Shown: positions 62,532 through 64,000 of the stretch, piece after piece
Layout of the letters: each line of letters starts with the position of its first letter
Numbering within the stretch: position 1 is the first letter of the stretch
DNA from: Arenimonas sp.
GTDB taxonomy: Bacteria > Pseudomonadota > Gammaproteobacteria > Xanthomonadales > Xanthomonadaceae
Direction: 5' to 3'
Length of the DNA stretch: 64,000 bases
NCBI RefSeq assembly: GCF_035312645.1
Contig: NZ_DATGBO010000042.1
Location: 27,701 to 91,700, forward strand
The notes under the pieces: model-generated
Databases searched by the model: none
What the model was told of the DNA's origin: nothing
Seen by the model: only the letters and a program-made list of their open reading frames with translations
Program-made: the position numbers and the translations under genes

Positions 62532-64000
<1,469 letters not shown>

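Overview
High-GC chromosomal segment from a Xanthomonadales/Lysobacterales-type gammaproteobacterium (inferred from gene content and order: rhlB-trxA-rho, ftsEX-response regulator-ung, polA followed by an sX13-like sRNA, and a XanB2-like chorismatase). It is mostly housekeeping: cysK-cysD-cysNC, ung, ftsEX, rhlB, trxA, rho, a KefB/KefC-type antiporter, uvrD, polA, hemF, xth, ltaE, prlC, aroE and hemB. Accessory genes include a Calx-beta/Ig-repeat autotransporter, a membrane ankyrin protein, an orphan Hanks-type kinase, a seven-gene RDD/SpoIIM/DUF4129/DUF4350/MoxR/DUF58 operon and a two-gene module with an NDT/TIR-like protein. No rRNA, tRNA, transposase or CRISPR array was recognised. The most unusual signal is in small repeats. 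(1) A 56-bp element lies in frame and in sense orientation inside two unrelated genes (rhlB, prlC). Four of its seven differences preserve GGA-loop hairpins typical of CsrA/RsmA sites while changing the peptide. (2) GTAG-type REPs are dense: one doublet is translated as 27 codons inside cysNC, four genes use the REP GTAG as their stop codon, and one REP end is expanded into a (YGTAGG)8 array. Product names come from recognising motifs and families by eye; no database searches were run.
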